Below are positions 26,687-31,187 of a DNA stretch of 31,187 bases, one piece after another. How positions within the stretch are numbered: position 1 is the stretch's first letter; the number at the start of each line of letters is the position of its first letter. The notes under the pieces are model-generated. The model saw only the letters and a list, made by a program, of their open reading frames with translations. It was not told where the DNA came from and made no database searches. This DNA is from Bergeyella sp. (GTDB taxonomy: Bacteria; Bacteroidota; Bacteroidia; Flavobacteriales; Weeksellaceae): assembly GCA_041910715.1 (NCBI GenBank), contig JAYRQH010000342.1:1-31187 (forward strand). Direction: 5' to 3'. A program made the translations under genes and the position numbers.

Positions 26687-27214
26687 TTGAAAAACACACT
26701 CGTACTCTTCGCACATCCTTATTTAGAATTTGCCTCGAACAATAAGGAACTAACCAATTTCTACGAAAGGCACCATCATTTTACCTTTCGGGATCTGTAT
26801 GAAGAATATCCCGAGTTTCATATTGCCGCTTTTAAAGAGCGCAAGCGAATTTTTGAGTATGATCGTTTCATATTTCATTTTCCCATCATCTGGTTTGGCA
26901 TGCCGCCATTACTTCGACTGTGGATGGACGAGGTGGTCGATAGCCGATGGATGAACGAAGATGAAGCCAATCCTTTTGAAGGCAAAGATGTTTATTTTCT
27001 AATCACCACACGGAACAAAGAAAGTACATTTGGACGCGAGAGTAAAACCTACTACACCATAGAAGAGCTTATCAGCAGTTTGATTGCAACCATGAAACTC
27101 TTTGGCGCCAATATCCATGAACCCTACGTGGTTTACGAGTCTGAAAATCTAAATAAAAAAGAAATCGTTCTACACAAACAGCATTTTGCCGAAATATTAA
27201 AAAAGACACAGTAA
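26687..27214 (+). CDS. KefF/KefG-like flavodoxin-fold NAD(P)H oxidoreductase (Kef ancillary protein)
   Basis: LFAHP, RDLYEEYP and FPIIWFGMPPLLRLWMDEV. TTG start after TAATTTTG at 26657..26664. TAATG-coupled to the Kef gene. Confidence 0.85.
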   Translation: MKNTLVLFAHPYLEFASNNKELTNFYERHHHFTFRDLYEEYPEFHIAAFKERKRIFEYDRFIFHFPIIWFGMPPLLRLWMDEVVDSRWMNEDEANPFEGKDVYFLITTRNKESTFGRESKTYYTIEELISSLIATMKLFGANIHEPYVVYESENLNKKEIVLHKQHFAEILKKTQ

Positions 27215-29091
27215 TGGATTCTCCTATCGCAATGAAAGTTCTCATCTTCCTTGGTGCAGCCATTATTATGGTTCCACTTGTTCGGAAGTTTGGTCTCAGC
27301 TCCGTTATCGGCTATATTCTCGGGGGAATAATCATTGGTCCTTTTGTTTTAAAATTAACAGGGAATGACACCGAAGACATCATGCATGCATCCGAATTTG
27401 GTGTGATTATGCTTTTGTTTATGGTAGGCTTAGAATTGGAACCTAAAAAGTTTTGGGCGATGCGTAAGCGAATCGTCGGCTTAGGTCTATCTCAAATGGC
27501 GCTCACGATTATTCTCATATTTCTTATTCTGGTTTTAGCAAAATGGCCATCAGATCAGGCATTGGCTATTGCGATGTGTTTTGCATTATCCTCTACTGCG
27601 ATTGTTCTGCAAACATTACAAGAAAAAAACATATTTAAAACCACCGCTGGTGAAGCGTCCTTCTCAACACTTTTGTTCCAAGATATTGCGGTAATTCCTA
27701 TTCTCGCGCTATTGCCTATCATTGCAAAATATGAAGTCAAGGAAGAGAATGAAGTTCAGGTGCTTATTCAAAAACTACCTGAATGGATCCAGGGAGGGAC
27801 CGTATTGCTTGGCATCACAGTATTGGTACTTTTAGGAAAATTTGTCTTTGTGCCTTTCTTAAGGTACGTATCAAAATCAGGGATGGCAGAACTGCTGACG
27901 GCGACTTCTTTATTTTTGATTGTTGGTGTGTCCGAATTAATGGTGATTGTGGGGCTGTCGCCGGCACTTGGAGCTTTCTTGGCGGGCGTTATGTTGGCCA
28001 ATTCCGAGTTCAGGCACGAATTAGAAGCTCAAATAGACCCATTTAAAGGGTTGCTTCTTGCCGTATTTTTTGTGAGCGTTGGCTCCACCATAAATTTCAA
28101 CGTCATTATGGACGACCCTGTGCTTATTTCTACCATGGCGATTATGGTTTTGGTTGTGAAATTTGGAGTTCTCTTTGGAGTTGGAAAAGTTTTTAAAATC
28201 GAAAAAACACAAAATTTTTTCTTTGCTTTTGCCTTATCTCAAGTGGGTGAATTTGCCTTTGTTTTACTGAGTTATTCTAACAAACTCTATTTGTTTAATG
28301 ATAAGATCAACTCCCAACTCATGGCAGTAACAGCAATTACCATGTGCGTGACACCAATACTGCTAATTCTTCATGAGAAAGTACTTTCTACAAAATTCAA
28401 TAAAAAAGATGCAGAGCAACCCTTTGACATCTTAGACGCGTCGGTACCACAAAAGAAAATGATTATTGTTGGATTTGGTCATTTTGGGAGCACCGTTGGA
28501 CGTCTACTGAAAGCGAATAATATTTCAGCAACTGTTCTAGATCACGATCCCGAACGCATTAAAATCCTTCGGTCGTATGGTTTTAAAGTATATTATGGCG
28601 ATGCAACGCGTATTCAAACCTTGAGAGCTGCCGGTATTAATGATGCCGAAATTTTAGCACTCTGTTTAGACAATCCCGAAGACAACAAATACATTGCAGA
28701 GGTGGTACGAGAACAATTTCCGCACATTAAATTGTATGTACGCACAAAAAACCGAAACGATTCGTACTATTTTGTGAATCACGGGGTGCAAAATATTTAC
28801 CGCGAAACATTGGGCACGGCGGTCGAAATGGCGGTCGATTTGCTACACGAAACGGGAATGCGAAAATACGCGGCGCGGCGTCTGGGAAAACGCTTTATGT
28901 TGATTGACAAAGCTTCTATCCGTAGACTTGCACGGAAATCGGAGGACGAACTCACTAATTTTAGTGTAAAAGAAGCCATACAGCAGGAGGAAGCATTGCT
29001 TGCTTACGATAGTTTAAATTTTGAAAATCATGACTGGATGGAAAATGAAGATGACGACTCCGAATTAGAGTCGCCATCGTCTTCTACCTAA
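27214..29091 (+). CDS. KefB/KefC-type CPA2 potassium/proton antiporter with a KTN/RCK domain
   Basis: About 12-13 TM segments, LSSTAIVLQ, LLFQDIAVIP, HELEAQIDPFKGLLL and KTN GFGHFG...YGDATR. Confidence 0.92.
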   Translation: MDSPIAMKVLIFLGAAIIMVPLVRKFGLSSVIGYILGGIIIGPFVLKLTGNDTEDIMHASEFGVIMLLFMVGLELEPKKFWAMRKRIVGLGLSQMALTIILIFLILVLAKWPSDQALAIAMCFALSSTAIVLQTLQEKNIFKTTAGEASFSTLLFQDIAVIPILALLPIIAKYEVKEENEVQVLIQKLPEWIQGGTVLLGITVLVLLGKFVFVPFLRYVSKSGMAELLTATSLFLIVGVSELMVIVGLSPALGAFLAGVMLANSEFRHELEAQIDPFKGLLLAVFFVSVGSTINFNVIMDDPVLISTMAIMVLVVKFGVLFGVGKVFKIEKTQNFFFAFALSQVGEFAFVLLSYSNKLYLFNDKINSQLMAVTAITMCVTPILLILHEKVLSTKFNKKDAEQPFDILDASVPQKKMIIVGFGHFGSTVGRLLKANNISATVLDHDPERIKILRSYGFKVYYGDATRIQTLRAAGINDAEILALCLDNPEDNKYIAEVVREQFPHIKLYVRTKNRNDSYYFVNHGVQNIYRETLGTAVEMAVDLLHETGMRKYAARRLGKRFMLIDKASIRRLARKSEDELTNFSVKEAIQQEEALLAYDSLNFENHDWMENEDDDSELESPSSST

Positions 29092-29878
29092 CGGTAATAG
29101 TTCCTGAGCTGCTTTTGGTTTCCTGAACAACATTCAGGTTACCGATTTTTATCACCTCTATCGAACCAGACGAGCTGGATTTAGCACGGAGCTCATTAGA
29201 TAAACTAACATTCACAAAACCCGAACTTGAGGCATTAAGCACTCCATTTTCAGCATGAAGATTTTTGGCGATTACACTTCCCGACGACGAAGCGTCCAAA
29301 TCCACATTTTTTGCTTTCCCGGAAACTTCCACATCGGCTGATGAAGAGACATCGACATCAAAATCAACGGCCCAAATTTTCCCCGAGTACGAGCCGCTAC
29401 TCGATCCATCAATAACTAATTCGTTTGCCTCCAAATCTCCTGTTACAGACCCTGAACTGCTTACTTTTACATTGGTTTTGTCTTGGGTGAATTTATCTAA
29501 AATTCGGATTTGTGCCGATGAGTTGGCTTCCACTTTTGTAAAGTCTTTAGCAAAAATGGTTGCTTTCACGCGAGAACCCGTAACGCGTATACCGGGTTTG
29601 TAATGTATATGCACGGTGGAGCCAATTTGCTCAACCAAAATATCATCCATTAAGTCTGCTGGAGCTTCAATAACCACTTTTTCATGATCTGCTTTTTTGA
29701 TATCCGCACGTATGGATTGCGACACTTTAATTTCATCAAAATCAAAATTAAAGTTTTTCGTCTGCAAAGGCCCTTTTCCTTCTTTGGGACTAAGATCAAA
29801 AAATTTTGCATCGGATTTGTAGTTGCACGATGCCGAAAGAAGCAAACCACCGATTAGGAAAATATTAGAAATTCTCAT
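29084..29878 (-). CDS. Head GIN domain (DUF2807-like) lipoprotein
   Basis: Lipobox-like LSASC, FDEIKVSQSI and repeated (A/V)SSS(G/A)x beta-solenoid units. Confidence 0.85.
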   Translation of the reverse strand: MRISNIFLIGGLLLSASCNYKSDAKFFDLSPKEGKGPLQTKNFNFDFDEIKVSQSIRADIKKADHEKVVIEAPADLMDDILVEQIGSTVHIHYKPGIRVTGSRVKATIFAKDFTKVEANSSAQIRILDKFTQDKTNVKVSSSGSVTGDLEANELVIDGSSSGSYSGKIWAVDFDVDVSSSADVEVSGKAKNVDLDASSSGSVIAKNLHAENGVLNASSSGFVNVSLSNELRAKSSSSGSIEVIKIGNLNVVQETKSSSGTITVR

Positions 29879-29944
29879 GAACTAAAAGTTTTAAGGTTAA
29901 TAAATTTAAAAATAGTAATTTTATAATTTAATAACAATTGAGAC

Positions 29945-31187
29945 ATGAAAAATATTACATCTGCAATTTTTATTGCAGCATTATTTCTTAATTCTTGTAC
30001 CACACAAACAACAACATCCGAAAAAAGTACAGACATGACCGTGAATTATGCGTTAGCAAACAACCCTTTTATGCGAAAGAGTTCTTTGCAATATGAAGCT
30101 CCTGAATTTGATAAAATTAAAAACGAGCATTACAAACCAGCATTTGATTATGGTTTGAAACAGCATGAAGCGCAGTTAGAAGAAATTGCTAACAACCCAG
30201 CAAAACCTACTCTTGAAAACACGTTGGTTGCTCTTGAAAAAAGCGGTGAAGTACTAAAACGTGCTCAAATGGTTTTTTACAACCTGACCAGTGCTGACAC
30301 CAACGAGACACTCCAGAAATTGGAGCAGGAATACGCACCCATATTTGCAGCACATAGTGACAATTTTTTTTTAAATGACAAATTATACCAGCGCATAAAA
30401 GCGATTGACACAAGTAATCTTGATGCTGAAAGCAAGCGATTGCGTGACGTTTATTTACAAAATTTCGAAATTGCAGGGGCCGCATTATCGCCGGCAGCAA
30501 AAACAGAACTAAAAAAAATAAACCAGGAATTGGCAACGCTCTCAACCCAGTATTCCAATAAACTTTTGGAAGCAAGAAAACAAGGGGCGCTTGTCATTTC
30601 TGATGTGAAGGAATTAGATGGACTTTCTGCCGATGAAATTGCAGCAGCGGCTGCCGATGCAAAGGAAGCGGGACATCCTGGCAAATATCTTTTAGCTTTA
30701 CAAAACACGACGCAGCAACCGTTGCTTCAAAATTTGAAAAACAGAGCTACCCGAGAAAAATTATTCAAGGCATCTTGGACCCGAGCGGAAAAAGGGGATG
30801 CAAACGATACCCGATCAACAATTGATAAATTGGTTCGCTTACGTTTGCAAAAAGCCAAACTCATGGGTAAGAAAAATTTCGCTGAATGGAAACTTCAGGA
30901 TCAGATGGCACCCAACCCTCAGGCAGCCATCGATCTGATGAAACAGCTTGCAAAACCTGCAGTTGAGCAGGCTCAGAAGGAACAAGCCGAAATTCAAGCT
31001 TTGATAAAGTCGCAAGGCGGCAACTTTACTGTGGAACCTTGGGATTGGAATTTTTATGCAGAACAAGTACGAAAGGCCAAGTTTGATTTGGATGAAAATG
31101 AAATTAAACCCTATTTCGAAGTAAATACCGTGCTTGAAAAAGGCGTTTTCTACGCTGCAGAAAAATTCTTCGGCCTAACCTTTAAAA
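29945..31187 (+). CDS. dcp: M3 family peptidyl-dipeptidase (Dcp-like) lipoprotein, partial (runs off the right edge)
   Basis: Manual translation from ATG 29945 gives MKNITSAIFIAALFLNSC...NNPF...PEFDKIKNEHYKPAF...LQNTTQQP...PWDWNFYAEQVRK...KPYFEVNTVLEKGVF. Not in the ORF track because there is no stop. HEXXH lies beyond the window. Confidence 0.88.
   Translation, partial: MKNITSAIFIAALFLNSCTTQTTTSEKSTDMTVNYALANNPFMRKSSLQYEAPEFDKIKNEHYKPAFDYGLKQHEAQLEEIANNPAKPTLENTLVALEKSGEVLKRAQMVFYNLTSADTNETLQKLEQEYAPIFAAHSDNFFLNDKLYQRIKAIDTSNLDAESKRLRDVYLQNFEIAGAALSPAAKTELKKINQELATLSTQYSNKLLEARKQGALVISDVKELDGLSADEIAAAAADAKEAGHPGKYLLALQNTTQQPLLQNLKNRATREKLFKASWTRAEKGDANDTRSTIDKLVRLRLQKAKLMGKKNFAEWKLQDQMAPNPQAAIDLMKQLAKPAVEQAQKEQAEIQALIKSQGGNFTVEPWDWNFYAEQVRKAKFDLDENEIKPYFEVNTVLEKGVFYAAEKFFGLTFK

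Noticed and set aside
4237-31187. Three secreted peptidases (M1, M64, M3) as a proteolytic island
   Set aside because: They are spread over 27 kb among unrelated core genes, and peptidase richness is normal for Flavobacteriales.
1-31187. Mobile elements, prophage, defence systems, CRISPR, tRNA/rRNA
   Set aside because: No transposase, integrase, phage, nuclease-defence, repeat-spacer or structural RNA signatures were seen, and intergenic gaps are too short to hold most of them.

Overview
This looks like a Flavobacteriales chromosome segment, most similar to Weeksellaceae/Chryseobacterium-type genomes. That assignment rests on gene content and on repeated Bacteroidota -7 promoter elements (TAnnTTTG). 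It is mostly core genome: truA, an ABC half-transporter, radA, acpH, rsmD, murI, hemW, a PorP/SprF-family T9SS protein, RluD-type synthase, a PASTA protein, ddl, coaD, a TRIC-family protein, folA, lemA-TPM-TPM, a KefF/G-Kef pair, a GIN lipoprotein, and M1, M64 and M3 peptidases. Two real CDSs run off the window edges and are missing from the ORF track. One is a secreted beta-helix/choice-of-anchor-Q/FN3-like-repeat surface protein of more than 799 aa (<1..2398, minus). The other is an M3/Dcp lipoprotein peptidase (29945..>31187, plus). I saw no rRNA, tRNA, CRISPR array, transposase, integrase or phage gene. I cannot show a new system from sequence alone. The best leads are: (i) a HupE/UreJ + DUF6702 + M1 aminopeptidase module; (ii) a stand-alone KOW-Smr protein; (iii) an Fnr-geometry palindrome linking the Crp/Fnr regulator to the surface-protein promoter; (iv) a Kef system whose thiol-gating residues appear altered. 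All family assignments come from motifs recognised by eye, not from database searches.
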